A DNA stretch of 10,499 bases from Candidatus Poribacteria bacterium (GTDB lineage: Bacteria > Poribacteria > WGA-4E > UBA9662). The translations under genes and the position numbers were made by a program. The notes below the pieces were generated by a model, which searched no databases, had not been told where the DNA came from, and was given only the letters and a program-made list of their open reading frames with translations. The stretch covers positions 1-10,499 of the forward strand of contig JAYGDX010000395.1 in assembly GCA_046582655.1 (NCBI GenBank). The letters are read 5' to 3'. Below, piece after piece: positions 1 through 9,124 of the stretch (position 1 is the stretch's first letter; each line of letters starts with the position of its first letter).

Positions 1-80
1 CTGCCTGCATCTGTCACCAAGGGTGAAAACGCGACAGCCAAGATTAAACATATCGGCGATAGCCAAAATAGCTTTTTCAT
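1..80 (-). CDS. 5' end of a secreted/periplasmic protein (partial, runs off the left edge of the window)
   Basis: Not in the ORF track; read manually. The ATG at 80 gives MKKLFWLSPICLILAVAFSPLVTDAG..., a typical Sec signal peptide (basic n-region, hydrophobic h-region, T-D-A cleavage-like site). A strong SD, AAGGAGG (96-90), lies 9 nt upstream. Confidence 0.8.
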   Translation of the reverse strand, partial: MKKLFWLSPICLILAVAFSPLVTDAG

Positions 81-118
81 TATACGCTACCTCCTTCATA
101 AAATTCCAACTTACTATA

Positions 119-148
119 ATGGTATCATAATTACCTCGCTGATTGCAA
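119..148 (-). promoter_or_regulatory. Putative sigma70 promoter for the leftward secreted-protein gene
   Basis: Minus strand reads TTGCAA (148-143), N18, TACCAT (124-119), with an extended -10 TG (TGaTACCAT). Confidence 0.4.
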
Positions 149-266
149 CTTAGGGATACTTATATCTTGTTCAGCCCGATAATGTCGAGATATGTTGTCG
201 AAACTCGTATCATGCAGAACGAAACCGTTGTGCTCTTTCCATGGATGGTATTGACTAGGATTTCTC

Positions 267-295
267 TTGCGGATATTTAGGGAATTGTTTATACT
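267..295 (+). promoter_or_regulatory. Putative sigma70 promoter of the pcrA-gatCA cluster
   Basis: TTGCGG (267-272), N17, TATACT (290-295), about 75 nt upstream of the pcrA ATG. Confidence 0.55.
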
Positions 296-370
296 AAGCG
301 ACGCATTTTCGCTATTACCTCTACTCCAGTCGAATTGCTATGGATCATCCCCAATTGGGAAAAAATCCTG

Positions 371-2536
371 ATGAGCCAGTTATTTGAATCTCTTAATCCA
401 GTACAGCGCGAAGCCGTGCAACATAACGAGGGGCCGTTGCTTCTACTGGCCGGGGCGGGGAGTGGAAAAACGCGCGTCATCACCTACCGGATTGCCCACT
501 TGATTCAAGACCATGGTATACCGCCCTTTAACATCCTGGCGGTCACCTTTACAAATAAAGCGGCCGACGAGATGAAGAAACGGCTTGATCATCTGGTCGG
601 TGATGTTAGTCAGCATGTGTGGGCGTCTACCTTCCACTCCAGTTGCGCGCGAATTTTACGCCGGAATATCAATCAACTCGGCTATGACCGATCCTTTACC
701 ATCTATGATTCAAAAGATCAGGTGATGCTGATTAAGGACGTATTAAAGACTCTCCAAGTAGACGACAAACTGAACCAGCCAAAGGCGATTCAAAACCGGA
801 TCAGTATGGCAAAAAACAGGTTTATTCGTCCTGACGAGTATGCAGAAAAAATTAGCAGCCAGTTTCCAAACAATCCTTTTGAAGAAGCAATGCCTATTTA
901 CTATGGCCAATACCAAAAGCAACTGCGTGACAACAACGCGCTCGATTTTGATGATTTGATTATCCTAACGGTGGACCTGTTTAATCAATCTACCGAGGTA
1001 CTGGAATATTACCAGGACAAGTTTCGCTACATTATGGTCGATGAATATCAGGATACCAATCACTGCCAATATCTGTTAGTACGTGCCTTGGCGGCAAAAC
1101 ACCACAATATCTGCGTTGTCGGTGACGACGACCAATCGATTTATTCATTCCGCGGTGCGGATATCAACAATATCCTTGATTTTGAGAAGGATTATCCTGA
1201 AGTGAAAACAATGCGGTTAGAACAAAACTATCGATCAACAAAAAACATCCTTGAGGCCGCCAACGAGGTGATCGGTAACAACGATATTCGGAAACCCAAA
1301 CGGCTCTGGACTGGAAACCAAGCAGGAACCTCAATCGGTCTGTACCGCGGGTTCGACGAAAACGATGAAGCGGATTACATCATCAAAAAGATCACCGAAC
1401 GGAGGCGGTTACGGAGTACAAAGTACAGCGATTGCGCAATTTTCTACCGGACCAACGCGCAATCTCGCGCCTTGGAAGAGGTGCTGCGCTACGAAAATAT
1501 CCCTTACCAAATTATAGGCGGACATCGATTCTACGAAAGGATGGAAGTCAAGGATGTTCTAGCTTACTTAAAAGTGATTGTTAATCCTGCTGACACGGTT
1601 AGCTTGAGACGCATCATCAATGTACCGCGCCGCGGGATTGGGGCGACCAGCCTGGGACGGCTTGAAAGCTACGCGCGCCGAAGGGGAATTTCCACCTTTG
1701 AAGCTATAGAGCAGGTCGAGGCCATATCAGAAATCAGGGCCGGAACACAGGAAAGAATACGGGAGTTTGGCCAATTGATCAAATCGTTTCAGCCATCCGC
1801 CTCACCGTTATCGGTAACCATTGATCTGCTTGAAGCAAGCGACTATCTGGAGCAATTCGAAAAAGACGGTTCAGTCGAAGCCAGAAGCCGTATCGAAAAT
1901 ATTAAGGAACTGGAAAGTGCGATTGCCAGATACGAAGAAATTGATCCGGATGCGACAGTAGCTAGCTTCCTGGAATCAGTCACACTGGCGTCTGATATCG
2001 ACGGCATGGAAGATGAGACCGATGTGGTCACCCTGATGACGCTGCATAGCGCCAAGGGATTAGAATTTCCAGTTGTCTTTATGGTCGGTGTGGAAGAAGG
2101 ACTTCTACCCCATATCAACTCAATTGGATCAAAGGAGGAATTGGAGGAGGAACGCCGTCTCTGTTACGTTGGCATCACCCGTGCGCAAAAACAACTCTAC
2201 ATTGTTAACGCACTACGACGCCGCAGAGGACGGGACTTTGAATCAAGCGTTCCATCCCGGTTTATTGACGAAATCCCACCCGATCTGTTTGATCAAACAT
2301 CTGAATACCAACCACCGCAACGGAAGCTGATATCCTCTTTTGATCCGGACGAACCGGACGAAGCAGAAATGGATGGAGGCTATCGTGTGGGTCAGATCGT
2401 GTTTCATGTTAAGTTTGGACGAGGCCGAATCGCCCGAATCATCGGTGTGGGCGGCAGCGCCCGAATCACCGTTCGCTTTGATCGATCTGGTGAAAGAACG
2501 CTAATGGCACAATACGCCAATTTGCAAATAGCCTAA
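371..2536 (+). CDS. pcrA: ATP-dependent DNA helicase PcrA/UvrD (SF1A), 721 aa
   Basis: Q motif LNPVQREAV, Walker A AGAGSGKT, TFTNKAA, Walker B VDEYQDTN, VGDDDQSIYSFRGA, LEQNYRST, YRTNAQSR, TLHSAKGLEF and EERRLCYVGITRA. The C-terminus is a Tudor-like domain (VGQIVFHVKFGRG...RFDRSGERTL). The start is placed at ATG 371 (MSQLFESLN) rather than the TTG at 335. Confidence 0.95.
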   Translation: MSQLFESLNPVQREAVQHNEGPLLLLAGAGSGKTRVITYRIAHLIQDHGIPPFNILAVTFTNKAADEMKKRLDHLVGDVSQHVWASTFHSSCARILRRNINQLGYDRSFTIYDSKDQVMLIKDVLKTLQVDDKLNQPKAIQNRISMAKNRFIRPDEYAEKISSQFPNNPFEEAMPIYYGQYQKQLRDNNALDFDDLIILTVDLFNQSTEVLEYYQDKFRYIMVDEYQDTNHCQYLLVRALAAKHHNICVVGDDDQSIYSFRGADINNILDFEKDYPEVKTMRLEQNYRSTKNILEAANEVIGNNDIRKPKRLWTGNQAGTSIGLYRGFDENDEADYIIKKITERRRLRSTKYSDCAIFYRTNAQSRALEEVLRYENIPYQIIGGHRFYERMEVKDVLAYLKVIVNPADTVSLRRIINVPRRGIGATSLGRLESYARRRGISTFEAIEQVEAISEIRAGTQERIREFGQLIKSFQPSASPLSVTIDLLEASDYLEQFEKDGSVEARSRIENIKELESAIARYEEIDPDATVASFLESVTLASDIDGMEDETDVVTLMTLHSAKGLEFPVVFMVGVEEGLLPHINSIGSKEELEEERRLCYVGITRAQKQLYIVNALRRRRGRDFESSVPSRFIDEIPPDLFDQTSEYQPPQRKLISSFDPDEPDEAEMDGGYRVGQIVFHVKFGRGRIARIIGVGGSARITVRFDRSGERTLMAQYANLQIA

Positions 2537-2551
2537 TCTTAAGGAAACAAC

Positions 2552-2842
2552 ATGTCAGAAATCACCACCGATGATGTCGTGCATATTGCCAACCTGGCAC
2601 GACTCGAATTCAGTCAACAAGAGCTCGATCAGTTTCGAGGAAATTTGAAGCGGATTCTGGACTACATCAGCAAGTTGAACCAGCTGGATACCAACGATGT
2701 GCCCCCCACCTCGCACGTTATCCCAATTCGAAACGTAACCAAAGCGGATGAGGTTATCCGGCGATACGATCGTCAGCAGATTTTGGCCAACGCTCCAAGC
2801 CAGGAAAAAGGATATTTTGAAGTACCAAAAATAATTGAATAA
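2552..2842 (+). CDS. gatC: Asp-tRNA(Asn)/Glu-tRNA(Gln) amidotransferase subunit C
   Basis: 96 aa with [16 protein letters not shown]...[21 protein letters not shown]...[23 protein letters not shown] upstream; lies directly before gatA. Confidence 0.95.
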   Translation: MSEITTDDVVHIANLARLEFSQQELDQFRGNLKRILDYISKLNQLDTNDVPPTSHVIPIRNVTKADEVIRRYDRQQILANAPSQEKGYFEVPKIIE

Positions 2843-2855
2843 GGAAAGAATAAAC

Positions 2856-4319
2856 TTGCCTCCGCTGAACCAACTCACCGCTCATGAATTGCATCAAAAG
2901 TTAAAATCGCGAGAGATTACTTCCGTTGAGTTGACAGAATCAGTGTTTGACCGGATCAATGACGTCGACGACTCAGTCAAAGGTTATATCACACTTACTC
3001 AGGATATTGCTCTTGAACAGGCAGCCACTGCTGATAAAATCTTTGACCGAGGTGACCAAGCCTCCTCCCTAACAGGAATTCCGATTGCCCTCAAGGACGT
3101 CATCTGCACTCAGGGTGTTTTGACCACCTGCGGATCCCGGATTCTGGGAAATTTTGTCTCCCCATATGACGCAACCGTCATGCATAAACTCAACGCACAT
3201 AAGACAGTCATGATCGGCAAAACCAATATGGACGAATTTGCCATGGGATCTTCCACTGAAAACTCAGCCTTTTTCACCACTCGAAACCCATGGAACCTTG
3301 AAACCATCCCTGGTGGATCAAGCGGGGGATCTGCTGCCGTTGTAGCGGCAGACGAAACCATTATATCACTCGGATCAGACACCGGCGGATCAATCCGCCA
3401 ACCTGCATCGCTTTGTGGCGTAGTGGGGATGAAACCAACTTATGGTCGCGTGTCCCGGTTTGGCCTCATCGCCTTTGCCTCTTCGCTCGATCAGATCGGA
3501 CCGCTGGCTAAAGATGTTACCGACTGCGCCATCACACATAACGTTATCTGCGGGCACGATCCGATGGATTCCACCTCTGCAAATTTTCCGGTCCCCGATT
3601 TCACCAACAGCCTGATCAACGATGTTAACGGTATTAAAATTGGCATCCCAACCCAATATTTCAGTGAGGGCATCGATCCACAGGTTGAAGCGAGTGTGAG
3701 GTCAGCAATTGAGTTGCTTGAAAAACTAGGTGCCAGCACAGAAGAAATCTCCCTTCCGCATACAGAATACGCAATTGCCACCTACTACATCATCGCACCA
3801 GCCGAAGCCAGTGCTAACCTTGCCCGATACGATGGTGTGCGCTACGGACTCCGTATCGATCAAATCGATAATATAATCGATATGTATAAAAAAACACGAA
3901 GTCAAGGGTTCGGTGATGAAGTCAAGCGACGGATTATGCTGGGGACTTACTCACTCAGCTCCGGTTATTACGATGCCTATTATCTAAAAGCGCAAAAGGT
4001 ACGAACACTGATTAAGCAAGATTTTGATCAAGCGTTTAAGAAGGTTGACGTTTTGATTACACCTACTTCTCCAACTCCCGCCTTCAAGATCGGAGAACGA
4101 ACAGATGACCCGCTGCAAATGTACCTGTCGGACATTTTCACCACACCTTCCAGTCTAGCTGGATTACCCGGTATTTCGGTGCCGTGCGGACTGACGGAAA
4201 GCGGACTGCCAATCGGACTACAGGTTCTGGCCGCGCCTTTTGAAGAGGAAAAAATATTCCGAGTTGCTTACACTTTTGAGCAAAACACCGATCACCATCA
4301 GAAGAAGCCACAACTTTAA
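2856..4319 (+). CDS. gatA: Asp-tRNA(Asn)/Glu-tRNA(Gln) amidotransferase subunit A
   Basis: Amidase signature: GIPIALKD (catalytic Lys), [40 protein letters not shown]. GatA-specific motifs [11 protein letters not shown] and [29 protein letters not shown]. The start is likely TTG 2856 (AAGGA at 2841-2845); the ORF track gives TTG 2835. Confidence 0.96.
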   Translation: MPPLNQLTAHELHQKLKSREITSVELTESVFDRINDVDDSVKGYITLTQDIALEQAATADKIFDRGDQASSLTGIPIALKDVICTQGVLTTCGSRILGNFVSPYDATVMHKLNAHKTVMIGKTNMDEFAMGSSTENSAFFTTRNPWNLETIPGGSSGGSAAVVAADETIISLGSDTGGSIRQPASLCGVVGMKPTYGRVSRFGLIAFASSLDQIGPLAKDVTDCAITHNVICGHDPMDSTSANFPVPDFTNSLINDVNGIKIGIPTQYFSEGIDPQVEASVRSAIELLEKLGASTEEISLPHTEYAIATYYIIAPAEASANLARYDGVRYGLRIDQIDNIIDMYKKTRSQGFGDEVKRRIMLGTYSLSSGYYDAYYLKAQKVRTLIKQDFDQAFKKVDVLITPTSPTPAFKIGERTDDPLQMYLSDIFTTPSSLAGLPGISVPCGLTESGLPIGLQVLAAPFEEEKIFRVAYTFEQNTDHHQKKPQL

Positions 4320-4353
4320 ACGTTTGAGAATTCTTCTCACTGGAAATTAACCA

Positions 4354-4836
4354 ATGAATTACAATCGAGTTGGCCCTGTCCTGATAGCAGCACTTATTAG
4401 TTCAGTCATTAGTGGTGCATTATGGGCAAAAATGCTATCGATTTCGACGGCTCTAGCCGGAATTTCTTCTATCATTGTCGGCATTCTCATCGGACTTAGT
4501 GTTCTTCTTGTAGGACGAACCAGGAAAATCGGTTATGGTCTGATCGCTTCCGCATACGCCGTCATTGGGCTTACGCTCGGAAAGTTTCTGGATGTGCGAT
4601 GGAACACACTTCAACGAATCCAGCGCTATCTGATGAATCAATACCAAATCTCTGCTGAACAAGCGGAACCAATGGCACAGGCGCAGTTCGGAGGTTACTC
4701 AACTTGGGAAATGATAACCGATCAAACGACATCCTGGGATATATTGCTTTATGCTGCTGCCGCCTATTTCGCCTTTCGTATCGTATTTGTTCGTTTCCTG
4801 CATAATGTCATTCAAACAGTCGAAGAGGAAGATTAA
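4354..4836 (+). CDS. Hypothetical integral membrane protein (about 4 TM helices), 160 aa
   Basis: Three Gly/Ala-rich hydrophobic N-terminal segments, a soluble loop, then a fourth hydrophobic segment (WDILLYAAAAYFAFRIVF). It fits between gatA and ctpA, and its stop abuts the ctpA ATG. Confidence 0.75.
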   Translation: MNYNRVGPVLIAALISSVISGALWAKMLSISTALAGISSIIVGILIGLSVLLVGRTRKIGYGLIASAYAVIGLTLGKFLDVRWNTLQRIQRYLMNQYQISAEQAEPMAQAQFGGYSTWEMITDQTTSWDILLYAAAAYFAFRIVFVRFLHNVIQTVEEED

Positions 4837-6279
4837 ATGTTATCAGAAAAATTACCAAAATCCAATTTTATACGGCTCGCACTATTGATTATTGTCTGGC
4901 ATAGTTTCTTTGTTTTCACTGCAGTTGGTGCAGACACTGGCCCTGATGACGAGCTTCTGGAGAACATCTCATTGCTGGCCGAAGTACTGGCTCGAATTGA
5001 ACAAGAACACCTTGATAATCCAAACCCAAAAGATCTTATGATGGGTGCGATCCGCGGCATGCTTAGGACACTTGATCCCTACAGTCAATTCTTTGATCGA
5101 AAAAGCTTCACTGCTTTTCGGACTGAAACTGGCGGCACCTATGGTGGGTTGGGTATGGAGATCGGCATTCGAAGGAATCGATTAACCGTAGTATCTCCGT
5201 TCAAAGGCACACCAGCCGATGAAGCTGGACTCAAAACCGGAGATATAATCAGCCAGATTGACAACGAGTCTACAATCAACATAACAGTCCACAACGCAGC
5301 CGAAAAGATGCGAGGTGAACCAGGAACACCAGTCACCTTGACGGTTCTTCATGAAGGAGAGACAGTGCCGATTGAAGTCAAGGTTGTCCGGGATATAATT
5401 CGCATTCGTTCAGTTGAATCGAAAATCTTAAAATCTGATATTGCATATATTCGGATTAACCAATTTCGAAAAACCACAGCGGCTGATGTTAATCAGGTTT
5501 TTGCCGAATTTAAGCAGAAAAACCTTCGCGGCCTGATTCTGGATCTGCGTTCAAACCCGGGTGGGTTGCTCAGTTCTGCCGTGGAAATCGCCAGCAATTT
5601 TCTCGAACCAGATCAACTGGTAGTCTACACGAAAGGTAAGAGACCACGCAGAGACCACGTCGCTTTGAAAGGTGCAAAAAAGAAAAACTACCCGCTAATT
5701 GTCCTGGTAAACGGGGGTAGTGCCAGCGCATCAGAGATTATAGCTGCTGCTATTAAGGATCATGGCAGGGGCCTGCTCATAGGGCAGAAAACCTTTGGAA
5801 AAGCTTCGGTACAACAACTCTTCCCACTTAGTGGTGGTGCGGCCGTCAAGTTAACTATTGCTCATTACTATAGCCCCAATGGAGTTGACATCCACAAAGC
5901 TGGAATTATGCCACACCTGGAAAAAACCTGGTTCAGTCGGTCGGAAAGACAAATGCTACTAAAATTACGCGATCACAAGAAAATTGACGATTTCATTGCA
6001 GAAAACGGTGATGACATTCTAAACCAAATCAAATCAGCTAGCGGCGCGATAAAGGGTGATGATAATTCGGAGGAAACTTTGCGTAAATATCGTCGGATAA
6101 GCGATCAACTTCTGAAAGATCAGATTACTATTAGCGATGCCGGATTAAAATTTGCTATTGCTCGCCAAACGAAAAATGACATCGATGATTTAGAATACGA
6201 TCCGCAAATAGCAGCCGCCATCCAGCAATTTAATGTCATGGAAATGGGATTAGAATTCAACAAATACTACCTCGACTAA
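4837..6279 (+). CDS. ctpA: Carboxyl-terminal processing protease, S41A family (PDZ + peptidase), 480 aa
   Basis: N-terminal signal/anchor; AIRGMLRTLDPYS; PDZ GGLGMEI..VVSPFKGTPADEAGLKTGD; LDLRSNPGGLL; catalytic Ser in GSASASEI and Lys in TFGKASVQ; KLTIAHYYSPNG. SD GAGGA lies in the end of the upstream gene. Confidence 0.93.
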   Translation: MLSEKLPKSNFIRLALLIIVWHSFFVFTAVGADTGPDDELLENISLLAEVLARIEQEHLDNPNPKDLMMGAIRGMLRTLDPYSQFFDRKSFTAFRTETGGTYGGLGMEIGIRRNRLTVVSPFKGTPADEAGLKTGDIISQIDNESTINITVHNAAEKMRGEPGTPVTLTVLHEGETVPIEVKVVRDIIRIRSVESKILKSDIAYIRINQFRKTTAADVNQVFAEFKQKNLRGLILDLRSNPGGLLSSAVEIASNFLEPDQLVVYTKGKRPRRDHVALKGAKKKNYPLIVLVNGGSASASEIIAAAIKDHGRGLLIGQKTFGKASVQQLFPLSGGAAVKLTIAHYYSPNGVDIHKAGIMPHLEKTWFSRSERQMLLKLRDHKKIDDFIAENGDDILNQIKSASGAIKGDDNSEETLRKYRRISDQLLKDQITISDAGLKFAIARQTKNDIDDLEYDPQIAAAIQQFNVMEMGLEFNKYYLD

Positions 6280-6305
6280 CTTCCATCAAAACATAGGTGA
6301 TAACA

Positions 6306-7325
6306 ATGACTGCCAACATAAACCAGTTAATTATCGTAATCAATGTGCTGATTTGCACTTTGTTAATTCCTTCCTATGTACAGTCTGCAAGTCCAAAAAT
6401 CCTCTTCGTTTCCGATCGAGAGAACAGTAAGGACATTTGGACCATGAAATCCGATGGTCAAGAACCTAAGAACCTGACCAAAACCCGCAAGACAAATGAA
6501 GAGACTCCAACCGCCTCGCCAGGAGGTATTCATATGACATTCTCTTCAGATGGAGGGGCAAATAAAGCGCGATGGATATACATCATGCCACTCGATAGCA
6601 AAGGCAAACGAAGAAACGTCACAGAAGGCGCAGGCGAAACCAATCCAGTGTGGTCACCTACTGGCACTGAAATCGCCTACACAGCCCTAGCAGGAAACAG
6701 TTTATCCATTTATATCTTAAGTGTCTGGAATTGGGAGCCAAAAATTAACGTGAAGGCAATCGAAATGGTCGAGCCGGTTAACATTACCGGTCCCCCATCG
6801 ACTGATACCCATCCAGCTTGGTCACCAGATGGCACAAAGATTGCCTTCAGCTCCAACCGTGACGGGGATTTAGAGATCCATACCATGGATGTCGTCTTGG
6901 ACGATCCTGACGCGGACAATCCGCCAGGATTACTTCAGCTGACCAAAAATGAGGTGGTCGATTGGCAACCCAGCTGGTCACCAGACGGCACAAAGATCGC
7001 CTTCAGTTCCAAACGCGATGGTAACTGGGAAATATATGTCATGGATATCGACGGTCAAAACCAAGTTAATCTAACCGATAATCCGGCAAGTAATCAAAGT
7101 CCCAGCTGGTCACCAGGTGGCGCAAAGATTGCCTTCAGTTCCAACCGTGATGGTAACCGGGAAATATATGTCATGGATATCGACGGTCAAAACCAAGTTA
7201 ATCTAACTAATAATCCAGCTAAAGATATAACCCCTATTTGGCTCAGCCAGGTATTACCGGGACAGTCTGTAGATTCTGACGGCAAATCGGCAACCTCATG
7301 GGGAAAGATAAAATCCAATAAATAA
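6306..7325 (+). CDS. Secreted TolB-like PD40 (WD40-like) beta-propeller protein with a C-terminal 'TSWGKIK' tail
   Basis: Signal peptide (..LIIVINVLICTLLIPSYVQSA/SPKI). Repeated PxWSPDGTKIAFSSxRDGxxEIYVMD blades. No TolB N-terminal domain and no tol-pal context, so it is not called tolB. The start is likely ATG 6306 (AGGTGA SD at 6295-6300); the ORF track uses GTG 6297. Confidence 0.88.
   Translation: MTANINQLIIVINVLICTLLIPSYVQSASPKILFVSDRENSKDIWTMKSDGQEPKNLTKTRKTNEETPTASPGGIHMTFSSDGGANKARWIYIMPLDSKGKRRNVTEGAGETNPVWSPTGTEIAYTALAGNSLSIYILSVWNWEPKINVKAIEMVEPVNITGPPSTDTHPAWSPDGTKIAFSSNRDGDLEIHTMDVVLDDPDADNPPGLLQLTKNEVVDWQPSWSPDGTKIAFSSKRDGNWEIYVMDIDGQNQVNLTDNPASNQSPSWSPGGAKIAFSSNRDGNREIYVMDIDGQNQVNLTNNPAKDITPIWLSQVLPGQSVDSDGKSATSWGKIKSNK
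6969..7232 (+). repeat. Intragenic tandem duplication of a 132-bp (44-aa) PD40 blade, with a more diverged third copy from about 6813
   Basis: Units start at 6969 and 7101 (cccagctggtcaccag). They differ at 9 of the first 116 nt, and a 49-bp block is identical (7027-7075 = 7159-7207). Confidence 0.9.
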
Positions 7326-7433
7326 TCAATCATAGAAATGGGAGAGATTCGGCACGTTCAATGGGCGGGGATCAATCACCTCCTGCAAACTTTGCCGGAT
7401 AAGGTCAGCTGAAGAGTATTTGGGGAGATAGAG

Positions 7434-8399
7434 ATGACACTCAAATGGGGAATTTTAGGTTGCGGCGATGTTGCGGAATATAAAGGAGGGCCCCCACTCT
7501 ACAGCGTCGAAGGTTCGGAATTAGTGGCGGTGATGCGACGCGATGCTATCAAAGCTGAAAGTTTTGCTGAACGGCACGGTGCCAAACGAGCCTACACGAA
7601 CATTGAAGACCTCCTAGCCGATCAGGAAATCAACGCAATTTATATCGCCACTCCGCCCAATCTGCACTGCCAACAGACAATTCAGGTGGCAGAAGCGGGG
7701 AAACACATCCTGTGTGAAAAGCCGATGGCGATCAATACCGATGAATGCAGGCAAATGGTTGATATTTGCCTGCAAAATCAGGTGACATTGATGATCGCTT
7801 ATTACCGGCGATTCTATCCAAACATACTAATGATGAAAAAGTTTCTTCGAGCAAATGTGATTGGAGAGGTTATACTGGCACGAATAAACCATACTAGCTA
7901 CTATAACCCCAGCCTTGAGGAACCGGGAGCTTGGCGAACGGATCAACCATTCAGCGGCGGTGGTGTCTTGATGGATCTGGGAAGTCACCGTATTGATCTA
8001 TTAATTCATCTGCTGGGTGACATTGAATCGGTACGCGGATATGCAGATCCGCTTTACTGTAACTCTAAGGTTGATCACTCGGCCGTGTTCACGCTTCGTT
8101 TTCAAACTGGTGCGCACGCCGTTGCTAACATCAATTGGAACATTGGTTTTCCCGTTGATGATATTGAGGTTTACGGAACTGACAGCGTTCTTCGCTGCAA
8201 CTCGCTCAACAGCGGTAATCTGATACTTGAAAATCAGGATGATATTCAGGATTTCACTCAGAAACCGCTAGAATATACGCATACCGGATTGATTGAAGAC
8301 TTTGTCAACCACATTCGTACCGGCGAGCCGATCTGCTGTCCTGGTCAAGAAGGCTTAAAAACAGCTGAAATTATCAGTCAACTCTACAATCAACAATAG
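7434..8399 (+). CDS. Gfo/Idh/MocA family NAD(P)-dependent oxidoreductase, 321 aa
   Basis: Rossmann WGILGCGDVA, IYIATPPNLH, GKHILCEKPMA, AYYRRF and GGGVLMDLGSHRID. SD GGGGAG upstream. Confidence 0.92.
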   Translation: MTLKWGILGCGDVAEYKGGPPLYSVEGSELVAVMRRDAIKAESFAERHGAKRAYTNIEDLLADQEINAIYIATPPNLHCQQTIQVAEAGKHILCEKPMAINTDECRQMVDICLQNQVTLMIAYYRRFYPNILMMKKFLRANVIGEVILARINHTSYYNPSLEEPGAWRTDQPFSGGGVLMDLGSHRIDLLIHLLGDIESVRGYADPLYCNSKVDHSAVFTLRFQTGAHAVANINWNIGFPVDDIEVYGTDSVLRCNSLNSGNLILENQDDIQDFTQKPLEYTHTGLIEDFVNHIRTGEPICCPGQEGLKTAEIISQLYNQQ

Positions 8400-8479
8400 A
8401 GATCACAGTATCTGCAGGGCGGAAACCGGAAATCTCGCCGCTCAAGGCATCCATTCTGCAATCTCGATCTTGCTTGATT

Positions 8480-8499
8480 AAGGCCGAACATACGGCTTT
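8480..8499. terminator. Weak hairpin between the convergent oxidoreductase and cupin genes
   Basis: AAGGCCG-aacata-CGGCTTT, a 7-bp stem with one G-U pair on the + strand. The U-tract is short. Confidence 0.25.
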
Positions 8500-8515
8500 G
8501 ACAACGCGTTCAACG

Positions 8516-8887
8516 CTATTCCTGCCCCTCTTCGCACATCACTGTCTGCCGGTCAGCGGATGAATAGCAAATCACCATCATTACGGGTGCCCACCCCGTG
8601 TTGGCGGCTTTGTGCTTGACACCCTGGGGAATCCGCATCATCATGCCAGGCTTCATTGGGTATGCTTGGCCATCCAGAGTGTGATCACACTCACCGGAGA
8701 TAATATAGATCAATTCTTCACAGTTGGGATGATAATGAAGGGGATTTGATTGGCCTGCGTTGATATAAACGGTGCCGAATGTCATTTCCGCTTCCGGATC
8801 AATTTGATCATTGCAGAGCCATTTGATCGCGCCCCACGGAAATTGATCTGTCTCTCGTGACTCTACATCTGTTATTGTTGCGTCCAT
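8516..8887 (-). CDS. Cupin domain protein (metal-binding, cupin_2-like), 123 aa
   Basis: Motif 1 GQSNPLHYHPNCEELIYIISGE and motif 2 PGMMMRIPQGVKHKAAN, with H-H-E-H ligands. The start is likely ATG 8887 (MDATITDV, AGGA just upstream) rather than 8914. Confidence 0.88.
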   Translation of the reverse strand: MDATITDVESRETDQFPWGAIKWLCNDQIDPEAEMTFGTVYINAGQSNPLHYHPNCEELIYIISGECDHTLDGQAYPMKPGMMMRIPQGVKHKAANTGWAPVMMVICYSSADRQTVMCEEGQE

Positions 8888-8957
8888 TTTCGTCCTGTGT
8901 CCAATGTCATACATAGCTCTATGACAAAGACATCAATCGATAAAGTTTTGTCCTACG

Positions 8958-8986
8958 AAACTAGCATAACTTCAAATCGATGTCAA
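8958..8986 (-). promoter_or_regulatory. sigma70 promoter of the cupin gene
   Basis: Minus strand reads a perfect TTGACA (8986-8981), N17, TAGTTT (8963-8958), with an extended -10 TG (TGcTAGTTT). Confidence 0.65.
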
Positions 8987-9031
8987 TAGACATTGGGAAT
9001 CAACAATGCACACCACTCACAACAGTCTGCC

Positions 9032-9076
9032 CGTGCCTGATGCCTCCCAGATTCCAAGCCAGAGAAATCAGGCACG
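9032..9076 (-). terminator. Inverted repeat downstream of the flagellin-like gene (possible terminator or 3' stabilising stem)
   Basis: Perfect 10-bp arms CGTGCCTGAT (9032-9041) and ATCAGGCACG (9067-9076) around a 25-nt loop. No U-tract. Confidence 0.35.
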
Positions 9077-9124
9077 TAAAATCATCATGTATCAGCAACA
9101 TCTGAAAGTTGTTGAAGTTCGATA

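Noticed and set aside
251..279. Alternative pcrA promoter TTGACT-N17-TATTTA
   Set aside because: The -10 lacks the conserved final T; TTGCGG-N17-TATACT fits better.
289..6919. Short antisense or alternate-frame ORFs (289-483, 443-637, 1843-2118, 2073-2330, 2555-2878, 3110-3382, 3390-3656, 3491-3781, 4453-4662, 4833-5060, 5139-5336, 6710-6919)
   Set aside because: All overlap well-supported genes and show no recognisable motifs; they are shadow ORFs.
6813..7232. Near-identical repeats as a CRISPR array or a DGR template/variable repeat pair
   Set aside because: The repeats are in-frame, contiguous 132-bp protein units with no spacers. The mismatches are not adenine-specific, and no cas or reverse-transcriptase gene is present.
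6306..7325. Calling the propeller gene tolB
   Set aside because: It lacks the TolB N-terminal domain and has no tolQRA/pal neighbours.
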